From assembly GCA_022796725.1 (NCBI GenBank), contig JAAWJE010000009.1, positions 1-57,175 on the forward strand: 57,175 bases of DNA, given 5' to 3'. A program made the translations under genes and the position numbers. The DNA is from Clostridia bacterium (GTDB lineage Bacteria > Bacillota > Clostridia > TANB77 > CAG-508). Of this stretch, positions 18,471 to 27,932 are shown in pieces (the first letter of the stretch is position 1; each line of letters starts with the position of its first letter). Below the pieces are notes generated by a model, which worked only from the letters and a program-made list of their open reading frames with translations, was not told where the DNA came from and ran no database searches.

Positions 18471-20627
18471 CTAATTTACTTCTTTCATTGATAAACTAAC
18501 TTTTTGTTTTTCTACATCTATTCCTATAACTTTTACTTTTACAATATCTCCAACTGACACTATTTCTGATGGATTTTTAACATATCTATCTGATAATTGT
18601 GAAATATGAACTAATCCATCATGTTTTACTCCTATATCTATAAAGGCTCCAAAATCAGTAACATTTCTAACAGTTCCTGTTAAAATCATATCTTCTCTTA
18701 AATCGTCAAATTTTAAAACATCACTTCTAAGTATTGGCTTTGGTAATTCTTCTCTTGGATCTCTTCCTGGTTTTGATAGCTCCTCTATAATATCTTTTAA
18801 TGTAAGCTCTCCCACATCTAATTCCTTAGATGTGTTTGAAATATCTATTTGTGATAAATGTTTTTTTATTTGCAATAATTTATTTTTTTCTAATAAATCT
18901 TCCACAGAATATCCTATACTTGTTAATAACTTTTCTGCTTTCTCATAACTTTCTGGATGTACTCCTGTTATTTCTAATGGATTATTTCCATTAAACACTC
19001 TTAAAAATCCTGCACATTGTTCAAATGCAACTTTTCCTAATTTTGAAACTTTAAGTAAATCTTTTCTTTCTTTAATCTCACCATTCTCATCTCTATATGT
19101 AACTATATTTTTAGCTATTGTTTTATTTATACCTGCAACATATGATAATAATGATGGTGTTGCAGTGTTAATATCAACTCCAACAGAGTTAACAACATCT
19201 TCCACTACTCCATTTAAACTTTCAGATAACTTTTTTTGGTTTACATCATGTTGATATTGACCTACTCCTATTGCTTTAGGATCTATTTTTACAAGTTCTG
19301 CTAATGGGTCTTGTAATCTCCTAGCTATCGAAATTGCTCCTCTTAAAGAAACATTTATATTTGGATATTCTTCTGTTGCAAGTTTTGAAGCTGAATAAAC
19401 AGATGCACCAGCTTCACTTACAATAGCATAATATACATCTTTATCTACTTCTTTTATTAAATCAGATACAAATTGTTCCGATTCTCTTGAAGCTGTTCCA
19501 TTTCCTATTGCAAACATATTAACATCATATTTTTCTATAAACGTTTTTAGAACTTTTTTTGCACCCTCTACATCATTTTGTGGTTCAGTTGGATATACAG
19601 TTGCAGTATCTAATAACTTTCCAGTAGGGTCTATAACAGCAATTTTACATCCTGTTCTATAAGCAGGATCAAATCCTATAACTGTCATTCCTTTTATAGG
19701 GGCTTGCAGTAATAACTGTTTTGCATTTTTTCCAAATACTTTTATAGCCTTGTCTTCTGCTTTTTCAAACATATCTGCTCTTAGTTCTCTTTCTATTGAT
19801 GGTTCTATTAATCTTGTATATGAATCTATTATAGTTTCTTCTAATATATTTCCATATTTACTATTTCTATCTATTATTATATCTTTACTAATATAATCTA
19901 TTATTTTATCTGTTGGTTTCTCCATTTTAACTTTTATTGCATCTTCTTTTTCGCCTCTATTTATTGCTAGTATTCTATGACTTGGCATTGTTCTTATGCT
20001 TTCTGTATATTCTGAATACATATCATATACATTATTTTCTTCTTTTCCAGTCTTTGTTGAAATTAGAGCCTCTCTTATACACATTGATTTAATCTTTTTT
20101 CTATATTTTGCATTATCAGAAATATTTTCAGCAATTATATCTTTTGCACCAGAAATTGCATCTTCTATTGTATTAACTTCTTTTTCTTCATCTATATATT
20201 CCTTTGCAATCTCTAAAATATCTCTTTTATCACTTTGCAGATATATAATATTTGCAAGTGGTTCTAATCCTTTTTCTTTAGCTATTGTAGCTCTTGTTCT
20301 CTTCTTTTGTTTATAAGGTCTATAAATATCTTCGAGTTCTGATAGTATCATTGCATTATCTATTGACTTAGATAGTTCTTCTGTTAATTTACCTTGTTCG
20401 TCTATTAATCTTTTTACTTCTTCTTTCCTTTGTTCTAAATTTCTTAAATAAGTTAATCTCTCATCCAGAATTCTAAGTGTTTCATCACTTAAATTACCTG
20501 TTACTTCTTTTCTATAACGGGCTATAAATGGTATTGTATTTCCATCATCAATTAATTGTATTGTTGCAGCTATTTGAGCTTCTCTTATATTTAGCTCACT
20601 TGAAATTTGCTTAATTATCTTTTCCAT
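18471..20627 (-). CDS. tex: Tex-like transcription accessory protein (YqgF/HhH/S1 domains)
   Basis: 718 aa. N-terminus IAATIQLIDDGNTIPFIARYRKEVTG is diagnostic, and there is a C-terminal S1 domain (LTGTVRNVTDFGAFIDIG...GLVHIS). Confidence 0.9.
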   Translation of the reverse strand: MEKIIKQISSELNIREAQIAATIQLIDDGNTIPFIARYRKEVTGNLSDETLRILDERLTYLRNLEQRKEEVKRLIDEQGKLTEELSKSIDNAMILSELEDIYRPYKQKKRTRATIAKEKGLEPLANIIYLQSDKRDILEIAKEYIDEEKEVNTIEDAISGAKDIIAENISDNAKYRKKIKSMCIREALISTKTGKEENNVYDMYSEYTESIRTMPSHRILAINRGEKEDAIKVKMEKPTDKIIDYISKDIIIDRNSKYGNILEETIIDSYTRLIEPSIERELRADMFEKAEDKAIKVFGKNAKQLLLQAPIKGMTVIGFDPAYRTGCKIAVIDPTGKLLDTATVYPTEPQNDVEGAKKVLKTFIEKYDVNMFAIGNGTASRESEQFVSDLIKEVDKDVYYAIVSEAGASVYSASKLATEEYPNINVSLRGAISIARRLQDPLAELVKIDPKAIGVGQYQHDVNQKKLSESLNGVVEDVVNSVGVDINTATPSLLSYVAGINKTIAKNIVTYRDENGEIKERKDLLKVSKLGKVAFEQCAGFLRVFNGNNPLEITGVHPESYEKAEKLLTSIGYSVEDLLEKNKLLQIKKHLSQIDISNTSKELDVGELTLKDIIEELSKPGRDPREELPKPILRSDVLKFDDLREDMILTGTVRNVTDFGAFIDIGVKHDGLVHISQLSDRYVKNPSEIVSVGDIVKVKVIGIDVEKQKVSLSMKEVN

Positions 20628-20794
20628 TATTTATCTCCTTGTATATTCACTCTTAAAATCATTGTTATTATATTATTTTTTTTTGAATATATAAAGCCTT
20701 TTTATAACATTTTCTTAAGTGATTATATTTATCTTGATATTTGTACCTATATTTGATATTCTATTTGTAATTTAAGTTAGAAAGGAAAATAACT

Positions 20795-22048
20795 ATGAGG
20801 AAGAGAAATAGAAAAAAAAGTAATTTTAAATTTATTATTTTTTTATTTTGTATTACATTTTTAATAATATTCTCTATATATTTTGGAATTTATAAAAAAG
20901 AGTCTAAGCAAGATATAATAACATCAAAAACTTCTGAAATATCATATAATAATACAAATATAGTAACACCTCAAGAAGTTATACCAGAAGATATAAAAAT
21001 AAAGATGACTGTAATTGGTGATATTATGTGTCATAATACACAATATCAAGATGCCTATAACAGTTCTAGTAAAAAATATGATTTTGAATATGTGTTTGAC
21101 GATATAAAAAATAAATTATCTAAATCAGATATAACAGTTGGAAATCTAGAAACAACCTTTGCAGGTGCTAAAAGAGGTTATAGTAGTTATCCAACATTTA
21201 ATACCCCTGATGCATTAGGCACTGCATTAAAAAATGTTGGCATAGATGTTTTATCCACAGCAAATAATCATTGTATGGATACAGGATATAATGGAATATG
21301 TAGTACAATACAAAAGCTAGACAAACTTGGAATATCACATACAGGAACATATCAAACTAAAAAAGATAGTGAAGAAATCCTAGTAAAAGATGTAAAAGGA
21401 ATCAAAATCGCATTTCTATCTTATACTTATGGAACTAATGGGATATCAGTACCAAAAGATAAATCCTTTTCTGTAAATTTAATAAATAAAAAGAAAATAA
21501 AATCTGATTTAGAAAAAGCCAAAAACTTAAACGTTGATTTAATCTCTGTTAGTATGCACTGGGGAATTGAATACAGACAAACACCTACAGATGAACAAGA
21601 AAATTTAGCTAATTTTTTATTTGAAAACGGAGCAGATATTATTTTAGGAAGTCATCCACATGTATTAGAAAAAATGGAAAAAAGAACTATAAAACTTGAA
21701 GACGGAACAACAAAAGATGGCTTTTTAATTTATTCCTTAGGAAATTTTATGTCTGGTCAATATTATGATTATACAAAACAATCTATTATACTTGACCTTG
21801 AATTTACAAAGCATGGAGATGGAAAAGTAAGTATTGATAGTGCAACATACACTCCTATATATATGTATAAATCATCTTCTAAATCTAAAAAACGCTATCT
21901 TGTAATGGATATTGAAAAAGCAATAGAAAACTATAAAAATGGCAAAAGAAATATAACTTCTTCTACATACTCAATATTAAAATCAGAATTAAAACATATA
22001 TATTCTGTTGTTGGAGATGAAATATTACCTAATAAAAAACAAAAATAA
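20795..22048 (+). CDS. CapA-family (PGA_cap) metallophosphatase-like membrane-anchored protein
   Basis: 417 aa. N-terminal TM, VIGDIMCH, GNLETTF, ANNHCMDTGY, HWGIEY, GSHPHVLE. Confidence 0.8.
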   Translation: MRKRNRKKSNFKFIIFLFCITFLIIFSIYFGIYKKESKQDIITSKTSEISYNNTNIVTPQEVIPEDIKIKMTVIGDIMCHNTQYQDAYNSSSKKYDFEYVFDDIKNKLSKSDITVGNLETTFAGAKRGYSSYPTFNTPDALGTALKNVGIDVLSTANNHCMDTGYNGICSTIQKLDKLGISHTGTYQTKKDSEEILVKDVKGIKIAFLSYTYGTNGISVPKDKSFSVNLINKKKIKSDLEKAKNLNVDLISVSMHWGIEYRQTPTDEQENLANFLFENGADIILGSHPHVLEKMEKRTIKLEDGTTKDGFLIYSLGNFMSGQYYDYTKQSIILDLEFTKHGDGKVSIDSATYTPIYMYKSSSKSKKRYLVMDIEKAIENYKNGKRNITSSTYSILKSELKHIYSVVGDEILPNKKQK

Positions 22049-22112
22049 TAATATTTTAATAAAAAAGGATTTACAGTTTTAAATTACTATAAATCCTTTT
22101 TTATATGTGTCA

Positions 22113-22211
22113 TTATAAATACTCTTTATCTACCTTTCCCGTCATTAAACTTGGAAGATATTCAATATTATATGGACTTATCCCATAAGGATAGTCAAAC
22201 GCATTTTCCAT
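22113..22211 (-). CDS. candidate 32-aa small ORF (MENAFDYPYGISPYNIEYLPSLMTGKVDKEYL)
   Basis: Hand-translated and below the ORF-track cut-off. ATG at 22209-22211 with GAGGTG 7 nt upstream (complement of cacctc 22219-22224). The stop lies next to the hairpin shared with the CapA-family gene. No homology was recognised. Confidence 0.35.
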   Translation of the reverse strand: MENAFDYPYGISPYNIEYLPSLMTGKVDKEYL

Positions 22212-22431
22212 ATTAATTCACCTCTATTTAACATCCATTCCTTTTATTTCCAGGAACAATTAATATTATAACATATTTGTTATGTAAAGTAAATATTTAG
22301 TTTATATTATTATTCTATGATAAATAATGAATTTTATTCTATTTTTTTATTAAATTCTTTTTTAAATATCAATTTTATAATAAATTTTATACATTTTTTA
22401 CTTTATTAAAATTTTGAATTTTTTATTAACG

Positions 22432-22472
22432 TTGTTTTATATATATCAATATGTTATAATATTTATTGATAT
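22432..22472 (+). promoter_or_regulatory. sigma-A-type promoter with an inverted repeat bracketing the -10 box
   Basis: TTGTTT (22432-22437), 17 nt, TATAAT (22455-22460). ATATCAAT (22443-22450) and ATTGATAT (22465-22472) form a perfect 8-bp inverted repeat around the -10. The site lies about 60 nt upstream of the 22520 start. Confidence 0.5.
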
Positions 22473-22519
22473 GTAATTTTATTATGTAACTTTAACTCTG
22501 CAACCTAAGGAGGAATGCT

Positions 22520-22873
22520 ATGCAAAAAAATTTGACAAAAAAAGAGTTAAATTTTGTGCTCGAACAAAATCATTATTTTAAGAAAGGCACAAAGGGGGCA
22601 TGCGTGCAGATAAGAGATTTCTTACGCCATGTTACCATTTCAGAAGGGCAAATTCGTTCACGGTCATCTTGTGTAACTGCTGATGAATTTATCGAGGCAG
22701 TAAATGTACTTATGGCGTTTGCCATCCAGCAACCAGAAGATGTTATTCCAGAGCGGTGGGCATGCGACAACGATTGCCGAAGGACATCCAGTCTTTTTTG
22801 TCCTGGAGAATGTAGTCTCAGCAAAGACACCAACGAGAGATGTCCGTATTTTATGGATGAACGTTTTATCTAA
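22520..22873 (+). CDS. hypothetical Cys-rich protein in a short G+C-rich islet
   Basis: 117 aa with AAGGAGG 6 nt upstream of the ATG and a strong terminator directly after the stop. The C-terminal part has CxxxC...CxxxC...C (WACDNDCRRTSSLFCPGECSLSKDTNERC). G+C from about 22575 to 22920 is far above the window average. Confidence 0.55.
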   Translation: MQKNLTKKELNFVLEQNHYFKKGTKGACVQIRDFLRHVTISEGQIRSRSSCVTADEFIEAVNVLMAFAIQQPEDVIPERWACDNDCRRTSSLFCPGECSLSKDTNERCPYFMDERFI

Positions 22874-22885
22874 TGCTATGACGAG

Positions 22886-22920
22886 AGTGGGGAGTTGCAA
22901 AACCATTGTAGCTCCCCACT
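22886..22920 (+). terminator. rho-independent terminator
   Basis: agtggggag...ctccccact stem followed by tttatatttttt. Confidence 0.7.
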
Positions 22921-22941
22921 TTATATTTTTTATTTTGCTTC

Positions 22942-22990
22942 AACTTATGTACAAAAAACAACTTATAAACTTTATAAGTTTATAAGTTAT
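22942..22990 (-). terminator. AT-rich hairpin terminator downstream of tRNA-Lys(CUU)
   Basis: aacttataaa c tttataagtt perfect palindrome (22960-22980), with an extra tataagtt (22981-22988) and aacttat (22942-22948) copies. On the minus strand it is followed by gttttttg. Confidence 0.45.
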
Positions 22991-22996
22991 TATATT

Positions 22997-23072
22997 TGGT
23001 GGGCAATCGGGGGGTCGAACCCCGGACCTTCTGATTAAGAGTCAGCTGCTCTACCAACTGAGCTAATCACCC
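22997..23072 (-). tRNA. tRNA-Lys (anticodon CUU)
   Basis: 76-nt cloverleaf GGGTGAT..ATTGCCC-A-CCA, anticodon loop CTCTTAA, T-arm CGGGG TTCGACC CCCCG. Confidence 0.85.
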
Positions 23073-23217
23073 ATTTAATATTTAGTTTTAACTTTAATAT
23101 CTATTTAATACGTTTTTTATTATAATACTTATAAGTATATATTGTCAAGTATTGTATTTCAGATTTTATGCTATAAAAAAACACATAAAACTTAAAGTTA
23201 TTATGTGTTTTTTTCTT

Positions 23218-25014
23218 TTAATTTGTTGTAGTTACATTTGTGTTCGTATTTGTTACTTCATTTGTTATATTTTCTGGTAAATCGCTTGGCTCTTGTGGTT
23301 TAGGTTTCTCTGGTTCTTTTTCTTTTGGTTTATTTTTTGTTCCTATTCTTACTATTCTTTTCATTGACTTATATGTATCTGTTGATATAAGTTCACTTGA
23401 TACCTTTTTTCCATTTAAGTATAAATCTCTATAACAAACTGCCCTGCATCCATTTGCTCCTTTTTGTTTTACTTTTTCCTCTCCCTTAAATAAATCATCA
23501 TCTTTTATTTTTTCAACTTTGTAAGGAATTGATTTTGTTTTATATGCTCTTATTTTTACTGTATATTCAGTATCTTGCTTTATTCCCATTATTTTTATTG
23601 TTGCTACCCCATTTTTTACTGATGCATTTATCTTTATAGGATATTCTCTTGTATTTTTAAATCTAAAATCAATAGCACCATAAACTACTGTTGCATCTCT
23701 TCCTGCTTCACAATAACTTGTAGTATATCCATGGTTTCGTCTTTCTACAATCTCTAAATTTGCTAATAAAACAGCATTATATAAAGTAGATGATATTTGA
23801 CAAATTCCTCCTCCTAGTCCATCTTCAACTCCTTTGTTTGTATATATAGCAGCCTCTTTATACCCATTTTCTATTGTTCTTTTTCCTACTACCTTATTAT
23901 AAGAAAATTCATCTCCTGGAAGTAATACAGTTCCATTTATCTTTGATGCAGCAAGTTCTAAATTTGTACTTCTGTTCCTATTACTCGCATCATATTTTGT
24001 TGTAAATATTGATATTCTATCTGGAAAGGCTTTTGTACCTAAGTCCTTAACTGTTGTTTTAGCTTTTGTTATTTTAAGTGGGATTATATATTCGTCTTTT
24101 TCTTCTTTATCTATAATTTTTTGTGCTTCTTCTATTGATATTTTAAAGTCAACACCATCTTTATCTACAATTATTTCTAATGGATCTTCTTTTATATAAG
24201 CATTTTGTGGTTTTGAATATATCTCATTATATATTTTATTTATGTCAATTTTATCTGGCTCTTTTTCAACAACTGGTATTGATACTTTTTTTTCATTCTT
24301 TTCTTTAATATTACCAGCAAATCTATCTAATACGATATTTTTGAACATATTATCATCTAATTTTATACCTTTTTTACCACTAGTTATAATTAGTTCGTCA
24401 TCTTCAATGCAATAAGCATATTCTCTAACTAATCCAGGTAATTCTTTACCAATTCCATCCATAATTGTTGATAACATTTCTTCATTATATTCAATATTAA
24501 TTTTTAACTTTTCCTTTTTTATACCTGCCATAATAATCTTAAAGTTATTATATATAATATTATCACTTCTACCAATATCATATGCCTTTTTTACAGCATC
24601 TTCAATCTTAAAATTAATATTTAAATCTTTTCTTTCAATTATTGTATTAAAGTCTTTGTACTCTAAATTTAATTCACTTATTTTTGTCTTTTCTATTTGA
24701 TTATTAATTTTATCTTCTGCTTGTTTAGTAGTAAGACCTGACACATCAATTCCATTTATAAATATTCCATTTATAATTTTATTACTTACTGATGTTTTCA
24801 ATGCAAATCCTGTTAAAATAGCAATTAGAACAAATAGTAAAATTATTGTAGTTACTATTATTTTAAAATTTCTATTTCTTTTTTCAAGTAATTTATCTAC
24901 ATATTCTTGAGTATTTCTATTAATTTTTTTCTTTTTAGATTCATCTTTTACTATTTTATTTATACTCTCAATTTTTTTAGTATCTCCTAATTTTTTCTTA
25001 TTCTCACTATTCAT
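23218..25014 (-). CDS. VanW-family protein with N-terminal membrane anchor and C-terminal G5 domain
   Basis: VanW core FSYNKVVGKRTIENGYKEA...GGGICQISSTLYNAVLLANLEIVERRNH. G5-like KVEKIKDDDL...KQKGANG. The start was moved to ATG 25012-25014 (MNSENKK), which has AAGGAG upstream. The ORF-track start at 25074 lacks an RBS. Confidence 0.8.
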   Translation of the reverse strand: MNSENKKKLGDTKKIESINKIVKDESKKKKINRNTQEYVDKLLEKRNRNFKIIVTTIILLFVLIAILTGFALKTSVSNKIINGIFINGIDVSGLTTKQAEDKINNQIEKTKISELNLEYKDFNTIIERKDLNINFKIEDAVKKAYDIGRSDNIIYNNFKIIMAGIKKEKLKINIEYNEEMLSTIMDGIGKELPGLVREYAYCIEDDELIITSGKKGIKLDDNMFKNIVLDRFAGNIKEKNEKKVSIPVVEKEPDKIDINKIYNEIYSKPQNAYIKEDPLEIIVDKDGVDFKISIEEAQKIIDKEEKDEYIIPLKITKAKTTVKDLGTKAFPDRISIFTTKYDASNRNRSTNLELAASKINGTVLLPGDEFSYNKVVGKRTIENGYKEAAIYTNKGVEDGLGGGICQISSTLYNAVLLANLEIVERRNHGYTTSYCEAGRDATVVYGAIDFRFKNTREYPIKINASVKNGVATIKIMGIKQDTEYTVKIRAYKTKSIPYKVEKIKDDDLFKGEEKVKQKGANGCRAVCYRDLYLNGKKVSSELISTDTYKSMKRIVRIGTKNKPKEKEPEKPKPQEPSDLPENITNEVTNTNTNVTTTN

Positions 25015-25178
25015 TATTTTACTCCTTATACTTAACAAAATAATATTAACATATATTATTTTTATATGCAACATATCTATTATCTAAGATTAAAAGATTT
25101 TTTTGTCTTCTTGAGCTAGACAATATTGTTTTTTTTATGTATAATAGAAACAAGTTTTATGATAGGAGTGATTATTTT

Positions 25179-25745
25179 ATGTTAGGAAGTTTAATTGCAA
25201 AAGTAAGAGAAGATAAAAATATGTCAAAAACAGAACTTGCAAAATTGACAGGTATTAATGTTGGACATTTAACTCATATAGAAAAAGGTGAGCGTAATCC
25301 TAGTCAGAAAGCTTTAAAGTCAATATGTGATTCATTAAGTATTCCATTTGAACCATTATATTATACTTATGAAAAAGAACTTACAGACAATCAAAAACAA
25401 TTTAATCTTATAAATAATATACCTTATGATAAAATTCCACTTGTAACAAATATAGAAGCTTTAATAGATTGTCCTTCTAAAATTCCTTATGCATCACTTG
25501 CATTTAAAATACCAGATGATACAATGAAAGGAAGTCTTCCACGAGGAACATTAGTATATTTAGAGCTAAATTCTATTCCTGAACATAAGGAATTTGGATT
25601 ATTTAGTTATAATGGAAATATAATAGTTAGAAGAATGATTTATAGAAAAAATAAAATAGTTCTAAAATCAGATAACTTATTATCAAAGGACTATTCAGTA
25701 TCTAAAGAAGATGATTTCTACATAATTGGAAAAATTTATGAATAA
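25179..25745 (+). CDS. XRE-family HTH regulator with a C-terminal S24/LexA-like domain lacking the Ser/Lys dyad
   Basis: HTH MSKTELAKLTGINVGHLTHIEKGERNPS. The C-terminal IPDDTMKGSLPRGTLVYL and IIVRRMIY align by eye with the GDSM and VKRL motifs of S24 peptidases. The start was moved to ATG 25179 (AGGAG upstream). Confidence 0.7.
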   Translation: MLGSLIAKVREDKNMSKTELAKLTGINVGHLTHIEKGERNPSQKALKSICDSLSIPFEPLYYTYEKELTDNQKQFNLINNIPYDKIPLVTNIEALIDCPSKIPYASLAFKIPDDTMKGSLPRGTLVYLELNSIPEHKEFGLFSYNGNIIVRRMIYRKNKIVLKSDNLLSKDYSVSKEDDFYIIGKIYE

Positions 25746-25900
25746 AGCATTTTTAAATAAATGCTTTATTTTTTTGCATTTTTATTACATTCCATTATCT
25801 TTTTTATTACATATTGAAAATTATGTAATTACCTGTTGAATTAAGTAATTTATATAATTATAATATATATGAATAATATATATTATTAAGGAGTAAAGTA

Positions 25901-26365
25901 ATGGAATTAATAAAAAATATTTTTTTTAATACAGATAAATTAACACCAAATTCTGAAGTAAAGATTTCTTATACAGGAAAGTTTTTTCAAGATGATTCTG
26001 AAGAAGTTTATATGCACTATGGATTCGGCAATAATTGGGATAATGTAAATGATATAAAAATGGAAAAAAGTGATTTAGGATACCAAGCTACAATAACTTT
26101 ATTAGAAAGTGATTCTTTTTCATTTTGTTTTAAAAATAATGATAATAATTGGGATAATAATGATGGTAATAATTACATTTTTCCAATAGAACATATTGAA
26201 ACTGATTTAGTTGTAGTAGATAATTCATTTAACTTATCTTCTCCAAGAAAACTTAGAAAATCTTACATTATAACTAAGAAAATCAAATTAGTAATTTATA
26301 AAATAATAAAGTATATACCAAAACTTGTAACTGGTACATATACATCGAAAAAAACAACAGAATAA
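25901..26365 (+). CDS. CBM25/CBM53-like carbohydrate (starch)-binding module protein with basic/hydrophobic tail
   Basis: 154 aa. VYMHYGFGNNWDNVNDIKMEK...FCFKNNDNNWDNNDGNNYIF matches the xWDNNxGxNY signature of starch-binding modules. Confidence 0.55.
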   Translation: MELIKNIFFNTDKLTPNSEVKISYTGKFFQDDSEEVYMHYGFGNNWDNVNDIKMEKSDLGYQATITLLESDSFSFCFKNNDNNWDNNDGNNYIFPIEHIETDLVVVDNSFNLSSPRKLRKSYIITKKIKLVIYKIIKYIPKLVTGTYTSKKTTE

Positions 26366-26396
26366 AAAAAGTTATGATATAAAATCATAACTTTTT

Positions 26397-27122
26397 TTAT
26401 GTAATTACCCAACCTCCATTTATTGAAATTATTTGACCTGTTGTAAATTTATCTTCTATTAACCAATTTACACATTTAGCAATATCTTGTGGGTCTCCTA
26501 TTTTGCATAATGGAGTTTCACTTTTTATTTGATTTATTTCATCTTCTGATAAGTCAGAGTTCATATCTGTATCAATAAATCCTGGTGCTATAGAATTTAC
26601 TCTAATATTTGATGGTCCAAGTTCTTTTGCAAGAGATTTTGTCATACCATCAATTCCAGCTTTACTAACTGAATAAGCAACTTCACAAGCTGCTCCAACC
26701 ATTCCCCAAATAGATGATATATTTATAATACATCCTTTTTTTTCTGAAATCATATATTTTACAACTTCCTGGGACATATAAAATACTGAATTTAAGTTTA
26801 CATTTATCGTTTTATTCCACTCTTCTTCAGAAATCTCTGTAAATAAGTTATATGTTGATATTCCAGCATTATTTATTAATACATCTATTCTTCCATACTT
26901 GGAAATCGAATATTTTATTATTTTTTTGCATTCACATTTTTTAGATATATCTCCTTGTATTATATCTATTTCATATTTTTTTAATTCTTCTTTTAGCTCT
27001 AAAGCTTCCTTTTCTGAATTATTATAACACGCAATTATTTGCATATTTTTCATTGCAAGAGATTTTGCTATTTCTCTTCCTATTCCTTTTGATGCTCCTG
27101 TTATTATTACTACTTCTTTCAT
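26397..27122 (-). CDS. SDR-family oxidoreductase (FabG-like 3-oxoacyl reductase)
   Basis: 241 aa. TGASKGIG, NNAG, catalytic YSVSK. Confidence 0.85.
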   Translation of the reverse strand: MKEVVIITGASKGIGREIAKSLAMKNMQIIACYNNSEKEALELKEELKKYEIDIIQGDISKKCECKKIIKYSISKYGRIDVLINNAGISTYNLFTEISEEEWNKTINVNLNSVFYMSQEVVKYMISEKKGCIINISSIWGMVGAACEVAYSVSKAGIDGMTKSLAKELGPSNIRVNSIAPGFIDTDMNSDLSEDEINQIKSETPLCKIGDPQDIAKCVNWLIEDKFTTGQIISINGGWVIT

Positions 27123-27397
27123 AATTATCTTCTTTCTTTTATTTGTAGATATATTTTTGATTTTAACATAAACATTATTTATTGTAAATTATTTTATACT
27201 ATCAAAAAACATTAAATTTTATCCTAAATAAAAAAATCAATATAAATAATTATATTGAATAATATAAGAAAATATTATGTATTACTTATATCCTTTTTTA
27301 AAGGCTTTTGGAAAGAATGTACTTAAATTTTATAATATTTTTCGAAATTAAAAAGCCTAAAATCAAGGATTATTCCAAGACTTTAGACTTTTTCTAA

Positions 27398-27473
<76 letters not shown>

Positions 27474-27488
27474 ATTCTATATTTATTT

Positions 27489-27563
27489 TGGTGACCCCTA
27501 CGGGAATCGAACCCATGTCTCCGCCGTGAAAGGGCGATGTCTTAACCGCTTGACCAAGGGGCC
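27489..27563 (-). tRNA. tRNA-Glu (anticodon UUC)
   Basis: 75-nt cloverleaf GGCCCCT..AGGGGTC-A-CCA, anticodon loop CTTTCAC. Confidence 0.9.
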
Positions 27564-27592
27564 ATAAAATATCAAATGTTTCCATTTGATAT

Positions 27593-27668
27593 TGGTGAGC
27601 TATCCGCGACTCGAACGCGGGACAACTTGATTAAAAGTCAAGTGCTCTACCACCTGAGCTAATAGCCC
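27593..27668 (-). tRNA. tRNA-Lys (anticodon UUU)
   Basis: 76-nt cloverleaf GGGCTAT..ATAGCTC-A-CCA, anticodon stem CTTGA/TCAAG, loop CTTTTAA. Confidence 0.9.
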
Positions 27669-27717
27669 ATAAATAAATATAAAAATGTTACGTAATATTA
27701 TTCGTAACTGCTTTTAT

Positions 27718-27746
27718 ATAATACACTATTTTTTTTATAATGTCAA
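27718..27746 (-). promoter_or_regulatory. near-consensus sigma-A promoter of the Lys-Glu-Thr tRNA operon
   Basis: On the minus strand: TTGACA (27741-27746), 17 nt, TATTAT (27718-27723). The site is about 50 nt upstream of tRNA-Lys(UUU). Confidence 0.6.
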
Positions 27747-27932
27747 CATTTTTTATATCTTTTTTTTATTATTTTATTCAAATTTTAATATTTAATACAT
27801 ATAAATACGTAAAAATATACAATTTAAGCTAATAATCTGCTTTAAAATTAGTAATTTAGTAATAAATTTTAAATTTATATATTTTATATTATAAAAAGAT
27901 ATTGATAACTTACAAAAGCTATCAATATCTTT

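Noticed and set aside
22573-22985. Three further ORFs (86, 80 and 93 aa) overlapping the 117-aa ORF on both strands
   Set aside because: They are open only because the local G+C spike removes stop codons. None has an RBS or sensible start context, and their products look less protein-like than the 22520-22873 frame.
22942-22990. AACTTAT/ATAAGTT palindrome cluster as a recombination (att) site for the G+C-rich islet
   Set aside because: It sits directly after the tRNA-Lys 3' end and is followed by a T-run on the tRNA strand, so an AT-rich intrinsic terminator explains it. No matching repeat was found on the other side of the islet.
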